64,000 nt of DNA, taken from the IMG/VR virus record IMGVR_UViG_3300025126_000016, positions 1 through 64,000 of that record, one strand, 5' to 3'. The DNA comes from a virus. Taxonomy: Duplodnaviria; Caudoviricetes. This document shows positions 55,552-64,000 of this stretch, piece after piece; within the stretch, counting starts at the first letter, position 1; the number at the start of each line of letters is the position of its first letter. Position numbers and translations under genes: made by a program. The notes under the pieces were generated by a model. The model was not told the DNA's origin and did not search any database. It worked only from the letters and a program-made list of their open reading frames with translations.

Positions 55552-55626
55552 GGTGTTGTTGGTGTTAATGGTAGCATGGCCGGATGTGACCCGGCAGGTG
55601 AGGGTTCGATTCCCCACTTCAACCCA
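55552..55626 (+). tRNA. tRNA-His(GTG), atypical
   Basis: Perfect anticodon stem GCCGG/CCGGC, loop AT-GTG-AC, possible G-1:C73, weak acceptor, 4-bp T-stem. Confidence 0.6.
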
Positions 55627-55649
55627 ATCTTTAATCTGAAAGGAATCCT

Positions 55650-55808
55650 ATGAAACACGTTCTGATCCTGAACCCGAGTGAGGACGGGAGCTACGTCGGG
55701 GAGGCTAAGGTGCCTCTGGATAATCCCGCAGGTTTCAATGTCTCTCTGAAAGTGTGCAAGGCCACGAAGAAAGCTATCGTGGTGTTAGACGAGAAGGTGA
55801 ACCGGTGA
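55650..55808 (+). CDS. small hypothetical protein (52 aa)
   Basis: AAGGA RBS; MKHVLILNPSEDG... Confidence 0.6.
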   Translation: MKHVLILNPSEDGSYVGEAKVPLDNPAGFNVSLKVCKATKKAIVVLDEKVNR

Positions 55809-56081
55809 TGTTCATAATCGCAACTGACGATCTTGAGTATTACATCCCTTGGTCCCGCAAAACTTGTGGACACACAGCCGTAGATGTGGCAAAGAAAGGT
55901 AGCCGGGGGCAACGTGCCTCGGCTATTTGATAATGAGCTTAGTGCAAAACTGGCTCTAGGCAAGTGGCTGTCTGGGCCACTCAGAGGAGTCTTTGAGGAA
56001 GACTACGGATGGTACCCTGAATCTGACACTGACCCCAATCGAAAGATAGAATGGGAGGGCAAGCTTGCCCCCGAGAAATAG
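55808..56081 (+). pseudogene. hypothetical protein possibly split by a +1 frameshift in a G5 run
   Basis: MFIIATDDLEYYIPW...GSRG joins NVPRLFDNELSAKLALGKWL if one G at 55905-55909 is removed. Confidence 0.4.
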
Positions 56082-56105
56082 AACTTAATCTAATCTAAAG
56101 GAAAT

Positions 56106-57488
56106 ATGATGATTGCCCTTCGTGACTATCAGGTAAACGACCTCGCTGTTGCGATCAAGAATCCCCGCAGCTTTAACTTCTCTGAACCAGGCACTGGTAA
56201 GACGCCAGTGTTCTGTGCCCTGTCGTGGTACTACTGGACGAAGAAGGGCAAGAAGACTATCATCGTTCAGCCCAACCACCTTCGTAACAAGAATCGTCTC
56301 GAAGTTATTCGCTTCTCGGGATTCGAACCCCATGAAGTGAAAGTGATTGAGCGTCTGGACGAGACCCTCGGACCTCGCAAGCGCAAGAGTGTGCCCGAGG
56401 CCAACCAACAGACTGGTTACATCAACTACATCGACGATCCTGAAATCAAAGTGTTCGTCGTTGGCTTTACGTTCCTGAAAAACTATTGGAAAGAGCTAGT
56501 AGAGAAGCACCCCGAGATTGATCTGGTAGTGATCGACGAAGGCCATGAAGGCTACAAGACCTACAACAGTAAGGCCAGCCGTGAACTCTATGCTCTCATG
56601 GATAGGACGGAAGGCTTTTACTATTGCACGGGTACGCCTATTGATGGTCGCCTCGACTCTTGCTTCACTGCTATCCATATTGTCTGCCCTCAATACTACG
56701 GCAGCTACCTTGGATTCAGGGCGCAGCATGCTGGTTTCATCGACGACTACGACAAGGTGGTGTTCTGGCAGAACGAGGAGAAAGTGACAGAAATCTTCAA
56801 TCGTCACGGTGTCATTCATACGTGGGAAGAAGTCCACGGTGAAGAGAAGCGCCATGTTGAAATCGTGGACGACATCAAGATGAATGAGAAGATGCTGGAA
56901 GCTTATACCGAGTTCGAAGAAATGGCCTGTGTCGAGCTTGAGGGTATGTTCCTCGACGGAAGTAATCCCGGAGTTGCAACGATGCGAGCGAGGCAGATCA
57001 TTAACTGCCCACATATCTTTGACATCAAGGAACGCACAGCCAAGCATGATTACCTTGAAGGGTTGGCTCAGCCGGGTATGGTTGTGTTCGGGTCGATGCC
57101 TGAGGAAGTTGAAGCCAACGCCGAAATCCTGCGAGAGCTAGGATTGTCGGTCGGGGTAATGCACGGAGGGGTGAGCAATGCCAAGCGCGTAGAGATTGAT
57201 CGTGCCTACGTAGCTGGTGAGCTTGACGTTATCTGTGCAACCCCGGCCGTGGCCGCGACTGGTTGGAACTGGCAGCGGACCAAGATCATCGTGTTCACTT
57301 CGCTGTCCTACAGCGACTCCAATGTTGAACAGGCTATCAAGCGAGGAGAGCGAGAGGCTCGGGATGAACATCTGCAAGTCTACTTCCTTGAGTATCTAAA
57401 GAGTGTGGACCAGAAGGTCCGTAAGATCGTGGTGAAGAAAGAAAACCTGAGCCATACGGTTATGGAAAATGTGAAAGGATTGAGCTAA
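56106..57488 (+). CDS. SF2 (SNF2-like) helicase
   Basis: EPGTGKT, VIDEGH, TGTP, TGWNWQ, QAIKRGER. Confidence 0.92.
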   Translation: MMIALRDYQVNDLAVAIKNPRSFNFSEPGTGKTPVFCALSWYYWTKKGKKTIIVQPNHLRNKNRLEVIRFSGFEPHEVKVIERLDETLGPRKRKSVPEANQQTGYINYIDDPEIKVFVVGFTFLKNYWKELVEKHPEIDLVVIDEGHEGYKTYNSKASRELYALMDRTEGFYYCTGTPIDGRLDSCFTAIHIVCPQYYGSYLGFRAQHAGFIDDYDKVVFWQNEEKVTEIFNRHGVIHTWEEVHGEEKRHVEIVDDIKMNEKMLEAYTEFEEMACVELEGMFLDGSNPGVATMRARQIINCPHIFDIKERTAKHDYLEGLAQPGMVVFGSMPEEVEANAEILRELGLSVGVMHGGVSNAKRVEIDRAYVAGELDVICATPAVAATGWNWQRTKIIVFTSLSYSDSNVEQAIKRGEREARDEHLQVYFLEYLKSVDQKVRKIVVKKENLSHTVMENVKGLS

Positions 57489-58699
57489 TGCTACCTGATT
57501 GGTTGATCACTCTGGTTCAGGAGAATGAGTTCGCGCAGGGGGCGTTGATAGCGGCCCCTGCTACGGCTCTGACGTATACTGCTCGGAATGTTCCATTGAA
57601 AATTTGGGATAGTATGAGGCACTTTGTGAGTTACGATCTTACGTTTCGTTCTGATAAGGACGAATATTATTACGTGAACAAGATCGTTACGGAGCAAATG
57701 ATTTCTACTAAGTGGTCTCGTGAGTTCACCTACGAGAACATTTCAATGTGGGATGAGGCCGAAGCGAAGGACAAGGAAATCTATTCCGGTATGGCCATCG
57801 GTTACGGTCGCCATTGGGGTAAGTATAAAGGCAAGCCTGTCATTGTCCACCGGCACATGGAAGAGAGTAGTGCCACTGAGGTCTTCAAGGAACTACTGAC
57901 GGTCACGTTCCTTGGCTTTGGGACCAAGGGTGTTGCACAATTTTGTGATGAGGTAGCTGATACGATGAGAAAAGAGAGCCAGGAACAGAGGCTTAAGCTG
58001 CGACGGAACGGTCGTAACTGCTGGTCTTCGCATGGGTATTTGCCTCTGCGACCGATGAGTAGCGTGTTCACTAGTGGTAATCTGAAAGAAAACTTGAGTG
58101 AGGCTATTCAAAACTTTCATGATAGCGAAGCAGAGTATCGTGAGAAGGGTATCCCATACCACTTGGGCATGTTGCTCAAGGGACCACCGGGTACTGGCAA
58201 GACCAGTCTGATCCATGCGCTCGCCTCGAAGCTCAAGAGAGATATCCTGTTCCTTAACCTGTCGGGGGTTGAGGACGAGAACGAACTGATGGAGCTTATT
58301 GGGTGCCGTTGTGACTGGCACAAGAGCATCCTCGTGATCGAAGACATCGACGCGGTGAAAGCTAACGTGGCAAGAGACTCGGACTCAGATGGTATCTCCC
58401 TGTCTACTCTGCTCAATGTGCTGGACGGTTTCCTCACCCCTCATGGTCTGGTCACGATTGCGACCACGAACCATCCTGAGAAACTGGACCCGGCTCTGAT
58501 CCGCAGCGGTCGATTTGACATTGTGGCAGAAATGGGGCCGCTTGATTGGGCAGAGGCGGAGCAAATGGCAAGCCTGCTGATGGGTGAAAAGAACCATTTT
58601 GGTGAGTTTCGTGAAATCTATACACCAAAAGTAGGTGCTGAGCTACGGGAAGCGATGTTGAACCGGTCTCTTTCGAGGCTTTTTCTCTCTAAGTTGTAA
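57488..58699 (+). CDS. BCS1-like AAA+ ATPase
   Basis: GIPYHLGMLLKGPPGTGKTS, VIEDID, LSTLLNVLDG, TTNHPEKLDPALIRSGRFD; N-terminal hydrophobic anchor. Confidence 0.85.
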   Translation: MLPDWLITLVQENEFAQGALIAAPATALTYTARNVPLKIWDSMRHFVSYDLTFRSDKDEYYYVNKIVTEQMISTKWSREFTYENISMWDEAEAKDKEIYSGMAIGYGRHWGKYKGKPVIVHRHMEESSATEVFKELLTVTFLGFGTKGVAQFCDEVADTMRKESQEQRLKLRRNGRNCWSSHGYLPLRPMSSVFTSGNLKENLSEAIQNFHDSEAEYREKGIPYHLGMLLKGPPGTGKTSLIHALASKLKRDILFLNLSGVEDENELMELIGCRCDWHKSILVIEDIDAVKANVARDSDSDGISLSTLLNVLDGFLTPHGLVTIATTNHPEKLDPALIRSGRFDIVAEMGPLDWAEAEQMASLLMGEKNHFGEFREIYTPKVGAELREAMLNRSLSRLFLSKL

Positions 58700-58747
58700 A
58701 CTTGTTATATATTTTTAGATTCCCGAGAGATTCTAAAATATATAATA
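58691..58747. repeat. dispersed AT-rich palindromic element, copy 3
   Basis: AAGTTGTAAACTTGTTATATATTTTTAGA...TCTAAAATATATAATA. Confidence 0.8.
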
Positions 58748-58785
58748 CACTATAAGGATAGTTACAAACGTAACCAAGTTAACTC

Positions 58786-58815
58786 TTGACAAGACCTAGA
58801 GCCAAACTCTATAGG
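58786..58815 (+). promoter_or_regulatory. sigma70-type promoter
   Basis: TTGACA-N18-TATAGG upstream of the HAD gene. Confidence 0.5.
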
Positions 58816-58837
58816 CCCTGACCCGAAAGGAAATCTG

Positions 58838-59449
58838 ATGTTGAATCTGAATACCTATTGTACCCACAGCTACCATGAGTTGCCGAACGTGAACCTGTTC
58901 GACTTCGATGGAGTGCTGGCGTATCCTCTAGAGGAAGGGCTTTTCCAGCTACCTCTTGGGCCTCACGATGTTGAGTTCGTGTCGAAGATGGCTTACAGGC
59001 ACGACCTGAACCTGAGCCGTGAGAGCTTCAAGTCCTCTCGCTACATCTGCATCCAGGCTGCCTTGTATGACGCAGGCATCCCCATCAAGCGGGGGCCAGC
59101 CTTCCAACATATTCTGGAAGGTCCATATCATATCATCACCGCTCGGAGCGATCGGTTCGCAGTGGCTCGTGTGCAGGAGTTCATCGAAAACAACATGCAC
59201 AGCCATGAGCGTCCGATCAAGGTCATGCATGTGGACCACCTCCCCAAGGGACAAATGATTCAGATGCTGCTTGACAGACATCAGGACAATCGCTATTCAT
59301 TCTACGACGACAGGGAGAAGCACGTTGTTTCCGCTCGGTCGTTAAAAAATCCTCGTCTGGATGTTTATCATATTGACAACGATATGACTGACGTCTATGT
59401 AGAGGCTTCGAAATTCTATAACGAAACAATCTTGGAACTAGCTCTGTGA
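58838..59449 (+). CDS. HAD-superfamily phosphatase
   Basis: LFDFDGVLA (DxD), IITARSD, SFYDDREKH. Confidence 0.8.
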   Translation: MLNLNTYCTHSYHELPNVNLFDFDGVLAYPLEEGLFQLPLGPHDVEFVSKMAYRHDLNLSRESFKSSRYICIQAALYDAGIPIKRGPAFQHILEGPYHIITARSDRFAVARVQEFIENNMHSHERPIKVMHVDHLPKGQMIQMLLDRHQDNRYSFYDDREKHVVSARSLKNPRLDVYHIDNDMTDVYVEASKFYNETILELAL

Positions 59450-59871
59450 CAAAAACTGGCCGTGTGATAATTGTCGAACGATACACACGCGAAATCATTA
59501 CAACCAATCCTGATGTCCTCTTCGTCTTCGGAGATAACCTAGCTCGTGTGGGCTACGGTGGTCAGGCTCGGGAAGCCAGAGGTTGCAAGAACGCTGTGGG
59601 GATACCTACCAAGGTGTCTCCTATGCAAAAGATTACGGACGAACTCGTCCAACTGAATCCTGCTAGGTACTGTGTGCCTGTCAGGGAAGCCTTCGACAAG
59701 CTTCATGCTCACCTGAAAGAGGGCAAGCATGTGGTCTGGCCGAAGGACGGAGTGGGAACAGGCTTAGCTGCCCTACCTACTCATGCACCGAGGTTCCTTG
59801 AGGGCATTGAGGCTCACAAGGAACGGTTGTTCAACCAAGCAAGTATGGTTGTGCGGCATAACTTCAACTAA
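59446..59871 (+). CDS. conserved phage protein (FVFGDN..GxGGQA family, possibly macro-like)
   Basis: LFVFGDNLARVGYGGQA..NAVGIPTK..WPKDGVGTGLA. Confidence 0.55.
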   Translation: MTKTGRVIIVERYTREIITTNPDVLFVFGDNLARVGYGGQAREARGCKNAVGIPTKVSPMQKITDELVQLNPARYCVPVREAFDKLHAHLKEGKHVVWPKDGVGTGLAALPTHAPRFLEGIEAHKERLFNQASMVVRHNFN

Positions 59872-59892
59872 TCGAATAAGGAAATATCTACT

Positions 59893-60582
59893 ATGAGCAA
59901 TCAGATTGACGACGCCATCGCCGCAGCCGAAGCCAAGGCAGCAGAAACCACCGGTACTGACGTAGCTACTACGCAGTCGGGTGGAGAGCTTGCTCAGGCC
60001 CCACAGGGTGGTGCACTCGATATGTCGCTCACGGGCTTCCTCAAGTCGGGTGGTCTTAGCCCTGACAAGTGGGTGCAAGTGAAGGACACGGGCTTCCGTC
60101 TCGACAAGAACGAGAAGGCGCTCATCGAAGAGGTCGAAGTTGATATCGACTTCATCAACGTCAAGCTGTTCCAGGGTCTGCGTATCGCACTCCTCGGCAA
60201 CAAGTACGAGTACATCAAGACCTATGATGGCCGTACCGAAGCAAAGACTGGTCAGGCTTGGGGCGCAGCCGTAGCGGAAGCTAACGGTCGCAGCATCAGC
60301 CCGCAGAACCCGTATCGTGGTGCTGACATCCTTATGGTCAACACCTCGGAGGTTACTCAGGGTAAGAGCAAGATTGAAGCAGGCACGAAGCTCGGTTACA
60401 CGACTTCGATCACCGGCTTTGCTCCTTTCCAGAGCTTCCTCGCTGGCCTCATTGAGGCAGGCAAGGTCACGGTAGGTGCCGACGGTCAGACCCTTAGCGG
60501 AACCGTACGTACCAAGGTCACGCATGAAGCCAAGAGCAATGCTGACTACGAGTGGGGTATTCTGAACTTCGAAGAAGCGTAA
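59893..60582 (+). CDS. single-stranded DNA-binding-like protein
   Basis: In the replication block, beta-rich, followed by a terminator; function inferred. Confidence 0.45.
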   Translation: MSNQIDDAIAAAEAKAAETTGTDVATTQSGGELAQAPQGGALDMSLTGFLKSGGLSPDKWVQVKDTGFRLDKNEKALIEEVEVDIDFINVKLFQGLRIALLGNKYEYIKTYDGRTEAKTGQAWGAAVAEANGRSISPQNPYRGADILMVNTSEVTQGKSKIEAGTKLGYTTSITGFAPFQSFLAGLIEAGKVTVGADGQTLSGTVRTKVTHEAKSNADYEWGILNFEEA

Positions 60583-60605
60583 TCACCCCTTATCACCGCT
60601 TGACT

Positions 60606-60645
60606 GAGGGGAGCCTTGAGGTTTATACCTTGGGGTTCCCCCTCA
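60606..60645 (+). terminator. terminator-like hairpin
   Basis: GAGGGGAGCCTTGAGG-tttata-CCTTGGGGTTCCCCCTC. Confidence 0.55.
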
Positions 60646-60671
60646 ACCATTTTACGATAAGGAAAATATCA

Positions 60672-62492
60672 ATGACAATTACCTCGGTCCCTAGCCGTGA
60701 TACCCTGCTGACCCCCTTCGGAAAAGAAACTCTCTCGGACCGATACCTTCTAAAAGACGAAACATATCAAGACCTTTTTGTACGTGTTGCCGAAGCATAC
60801 GGTGACGATGAAGCTCACTCACAGCGCATGTACGACTACATGAGCCAACTGTGGTTCATGCCAGCTACTCCTGTGCTGTCCAATGGAGGAACAACTCGTG
60901 GACTTCCTATCAGTTGTTATCTTAACAGCGTTGACGATTCTCTTGACGGAATTGTTAATACGTGGAACGAGAACGTCTGGCTGGCCTCGCGTGGTGGCGG
61001 GATCGGTACTTACTGGGGCAATGTGCGTGGTATTGGTGAACCCGTGGGGCTTAACGGCACTACAAGCGGTATCATTCCCTTCATCAATGTTATGGATAGC
61101 CTCACTCTGGCTATTAGTCAGGGGTCTCTTCGCAGAGGGTCCGCTGCTGTTTACATCGACGTCAGCCACCCCGAAATCGAAGAGTTCCTTGAAATCCGCA
61201 AGCCTTCCGGTGACTTCAATCGAAAGAGCCTTAACCTCCACCACGGAGTCCTCATCACCGACGAGTTCATGAGAGCGGTCAAGGCAGGAGAGAAGTTTCA
61301 GCTTCGTTCTCCCAAGACTAACGAGGTACGTGGAGAGGTAGATGCCCGTTCGCTGTTCCAGAAACTGGTCGAGACTCGTCTCGCAACTGGGGAACCTTAC
61401 ATGGTGTTCGTGGATCATGTTAATAAGGCGATGCCTCTGCACCACCGCAAGCTAGGTCTCAAGGTCACAACCTCGAACCTCTGTGCCGAGATTACGTTGC
61501 CTACTGGCTTCGACCATTTGGGTAATGATCGCACTGCGGTGTGCTGTCTTTCCTCGCTGAATTTGGAGACATGGGATGAGTGGAAAGACAATGGCGATTT
61601 CATTGCCGATGTCATGCGGTTTCTGGACAACGTTCTGCAAGACTATATCGACCGTGCCCCTGATAGCATGGCTCGTGCCAAGTATGCTGCTATGCGTGAG
61701 CGTAGCGTTGGCCTTGGTGTTATGGGATTCCACAGTTACCTACAGTCCAAAAAGATCGCTTTCGAAGGTCCTATGGCGAAAGCTCTCAACCTTCGTTTCT
61801 TCACTCATATCCAGGAGCAAGTAAATAACGCCAGCAAATGCCTTGCAGACGAAAGAGGGCCTTGTCCCGACGCAGCTGACGCAGGGGAACATGAGCGTTT
61901 CTCCTGCAAAACTTCTGTCGCGCCAACTGCTTCCATTAGCATCATCGCTGGAGGAACGTCAGCATGCATTGAACCCATCCCGGCAAACATCTACACCCAC
62001 AAAACCCTGAGTGGCAGTCATGTTGTCAAGAACAAGTATCTTGATGAAGTCATTTGGGAACATGTAAATGGCAAGTGTGGCATCGAGGACATGCATCAGA
62101 GAGACTATGATAGTATCTGGAATAGTATCCTCGAACAAGGTGGCTCGGTTCAGCACCTTGACTGGATGGACGACCACCTAAAGAGGGTGTTCAAGACCAG
62201 CTTTGAGATTGATCAGCGTTGGATTCTTGAGTTTGCAGGAGACCGTGCCCCGATGATCGATCAGGCACAGTCAATCAACCTGTTCATCCCTGCGGATATT
62301 GATAAGTGGGACCTTACTATGCTGCACTATGATGCATGGCGTCGAGGTATCAAGAGCCTCTACTACCTACGGTCCAAGTCCATTCAACGCGCAGGCTTTG
62401 CAGGTGGTGTGGATTCTGATAACAAGATGGAACGAGAACACGTATACGTCGAGTCCGTCACTAACTACGAGGAGTGTTTGGCATGTCAATAA
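60672..62492 (+). CDS. nrdA: ribonucleotide reductase class I alpha subunit (no ATP cone)
   Basis: PISCYL, SRGGGIG, TTSNLCAEI, RSVGLGVMG, VAPTAS, C-terminal ECLACQ. Confidence 0.96.
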   Translation: MTITSVPSRDTLLTPFGKETLSDRYLLKDETYQDLFVRVAEAYGDDEAHSQRMYDYMSQLWFMPATPVLSNGGTTRGLPISCYLNSVDDSLDGIVNTWNENVWLASRGGGIGTYWGNVRGIGEPVGLNGTTSGIIPFINVMDSLTLAISQGSLRRGSAAVYIDVSHPEIEEFLEIRKPSGDFNRKSLNLHHGVLITDEFMRAVKAGEKFQLRSPKTNEVRGEVDARSLFQKLVETRLATGEPYMVFVDHVNKAMPLHHRKLGLKVTTSNLCAEITLPTGFDHLGNDRTAVCCLSSLNLETWDEWKDNGDFIADVMRFLDNVLQDYIDRAPDSMARAKYAAMRERSVGLGVMGFHSYLQSKKIAFEGPMAKALNLRFFTHIQEQVNNASKCLADERGPCPDAADAGEHERFSCKTSVAPTASISIIAGGTSACIEPIPANIYTHKTLSGSHVVKNKYLDEVIWEHVNGKCGIEDMHQRDYDSIWNSILEQGGSVQHLDWMDDHLKRVFKTSFEIDQRWILEFAGDRAPMIDQAQSINLFIPADIDKWDLTMLHYDAWRRGIKSLYYLRSKSIQRAGFAGGVDSDNKMEREHVYVESVTNYEECLACQ

Positions 62493-62797
62493 GGATCATC
62501 CAGAACCAGGTCGAGTGTCTGAAATGTGGAGACCGTCCGTTCAGCGCCCATCGCCACGACTACAGAGAGTGTAAGTGTGGAGCCATCGCAGTAGACGGTG
62601 GTCTTGAGTATCTACGTAGAGTAGGAGACCTGAGTAGTTTCAAGGAACTGTCTATTTCTCTTCCCGAGGAAGCAGTTGAAGCCGCAGTAGTAGAAATAGC
62701 AAAAGCAGACATAGATGGTAGAAACAGCTTTGGACTATTCTGTGCAGCAATGAGGTCTCTAAGAGATAATGGAGTTACTTTTAATGAGTCTACTTAA
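62483..62797 (+). CDS. zinc-ribbon hypothetical protein between nrdA and nrdB
   Basis: ECLKCGD..SAHRHDYRECKCGAIAVDGG. Confidence 0.75.
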   Translation: MSIRIIQNQVECLKCGDRPFSAHRHDYRECKCGAIAVDGGLEYLRRVGDLSSFKELSISLPEEAVEAAVVEIAKADIDGRNSFGLFCAAMRSLRDNGVTFNEST

Positions 62798-63758
62798 ACC
62801 CACCCTGACATATAAGCCGTTCTCCCACCCTTGGGCGTACGAGTATTGGAAGTTGCAGCAACAGGTTCACTGGATGCCAGAGGAAGTGCCTCTAGGACCA
62901 GACATTGCTGACTGGAATGGCAAGCTCACGCCCGAGGAAAAGAACCTACTGACGCAAATCTTTAGGTTCTTCACTCAGGCTGATGTCGAAGTCCAGGATT
63001 GCTACCACGATAAGTACGGTCGCGTGTTCAAGCCTACCGAAGTCAAGATGATGCTGACTGCGTTCTCGAATATGGAGACGATTCATATCGCAGCGTACTC
63101 TCACCTTCTCGACACCATCGGCATGGATGAGAGCGAGTATAGTGCGTTCCTTGAGTATGATGCCATGCGAGACAAGCACGACTACATGAGTCAGTTTGGT
63201 GTCGACAACGACGAGGACATTGCATGCACCCTAGCCATGTTCGGTGGCTTCACGGAAGGTGTGCAGTTGTTCGCTTCGTTTGCTATGTTGATGAACTTCC
63301 CACGCTTCAACAAGATGAAGGGCATGGGACAGATCGTAAGCTGGTCTGTGCGTGATGAGTCTCTCCACTGTGAGGGTATCATCCGTCTCTTCCATGAGTT
63401 CTGCAGGGAGAGGCAGTGCCTGACCCCGCTGGTGAAGGAACGTATCATGGCCCAAGCAGAGAAGGTCATCATGCTTGAGGATAACTTCATCGACTTGGCC
63501 TTTGAAATGGGACCTATTCATGGCATGACTCCGCAAGGGATCAAGCGGTACATCCGCTACATCATGGACTGGCGCTTGAGGCAGCTTAAGCTTGAACCCA
63601 TCTATAACATCGAAGAACACCCACTACCGTGGCTGTCTCCGCTGTTGAACGGCGTAGAACATGCTAACTTCTTCGAGCAGAGGGCAACCGAATACTCGAA
63701 GGGAGCCACGCGTGGCAGCTGGCAGAATGTGTGGAGTAGATTTGATGCGTATAATTGA
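62784..63758 (+). CDS. nrdB: ribonucleotide reductase class I beta subunit
   Basis: FFTQADVEV, METIHIAAYS, TEGVQLFASF, VRDESLH. Confidence 0.96.
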   Translation: MSLLKPTLTYKPFSHPWAYEYWKLQQQVHWMPEEVPLGPDIADWNGKLTPEEKNLLTQIFRFFTQADVEVQDCYHDKYGRVFKPTEVKMMLTAFSNMETIHIAAYSHLLDTIGMDESEYSAFLEYDAMRDKHDYMSQFGVDNDEDIACTLAMFGGFTEGVQLFASFAMLMNFPRFNKMKGMGQIVSWSVRDESLHCEGIIRLFHEFCRERQCLTPLVKERIMAQAEKVIMLEDNFIDLAFEMGPIHGMTPQGIKRYIRYIMDWRLRQLKLEPIYNIEEHPLPWLSPLLNGVEHANFFEQRATEYSKGATRGSWQNVWSRFDAYN

Positions 63759-64000
63759 CGGTAACAACCTGTTGCACCGTCTTGCTATTGACAGGGTGGG
63801 CTTCGGAGTCCACCCTGTCAGGCAACTGTTCAATCGATTGTGTAGCCCGGCAGAGACCACAATCATTGTCTGGGACGGCCCATACGCCAACAGTAGACGC
63901 AAAGCCATCTATGAAAAATACAAGGCTAACCGTAAGCCCAAGGAAGAGTCGAAGGTAGAGTTCTTCGATGTCGCCAAGGGTGTGCTGTCGTTCACTCCCA
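63745..64000 (+). CDS. 5'-3' exonuclease / FEN-like (partial, runs off window)
   Basis: MRIIDGNNLL..IVWDG..RKAIYEKYKANR. Confidence 0.88.
   Translation, partial: MRIIDGNNLLHRLAIDRVGFGVHPVRQLFNRLCSPAETTIIVWDGPYANSRRKAIYEKYKANRKPKEESKVEFFDVAKGVLSFTP

Noticed and set aside
34065-55626. Stop-codon reassignment / suppressor tRNAs
   Set aside because: No CTA, TTA or credible TCA anticodon tRNA; conserved genes read through normally with code 11
60672-63758. Intron or intein in nrdA/nrdB
   Set aside because: Both ORFs are continuous and of compact normal length; the intervening gene is a small zinc-ribbon protein, not a recognisable homing endonuclease

Overview
This window is 64 kb of a large tailed (siphovirus-like) phage genome. 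No integrase or repressor is visible, and the host is most likely an alphaproteobacterium, based on the two-piece tmRNA with an ANDN...AA tag and an Omp25/RopB-like outer-membrane protein. Layout: (1) 1-974, end of a rightward nucleotide-metabolism block with a dATP/dGTP diphosphohydrolase; (2) ~1000-27000, leftward lambda-like morphogenesis genes (terminase, portal, protease-scaffold, capsid, neck, major tail, tape measure, M/L/K/I/J tail tip), interrupted by an inverted four-gene cassette carrying the -1 frameshifting tail chaperone; (3) 27089-30496, probable small terminase, primase-helicase and dCMP deaminase; (4) 30468-35112, leftward small genes, lysis genes and five tRNA or tRNA-like genes, three of them non-canonical; (5) 35167-36100, a non-coding strand-switch region with a phased array of IHF-like boxes (candidate genome end); (6) 36108-52853, rightward early/middle genes (bL12-like, rIIA/rIIB, C5 methylase, ligase, nucleotidyltransferase); (7) 52871-55626, an RNA island with a permuted tmRNA, 12 tRNAs, a pseudo-tRNA and two unassigned structured RNAs; (8) 56106-64000, helicase, AAA ATPase, HAD, SSB-like, nrdA/nrdB and a 5'-3' exonuclease. 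The most unusual signals are RNA-level: a tRNA-shaped spacer inside the two-piece tmRNA, a 57-nt tRNA lacking both D and variable arms, an 8/4 Sec-like tRNA-Ser, and a C1:G72 tRNA-Tyr. Four single-base frameshifts in short homopolymers suggest possible sequencing errors. All calls come from manual reading and remembered motifs; no searches or folding programs were run.
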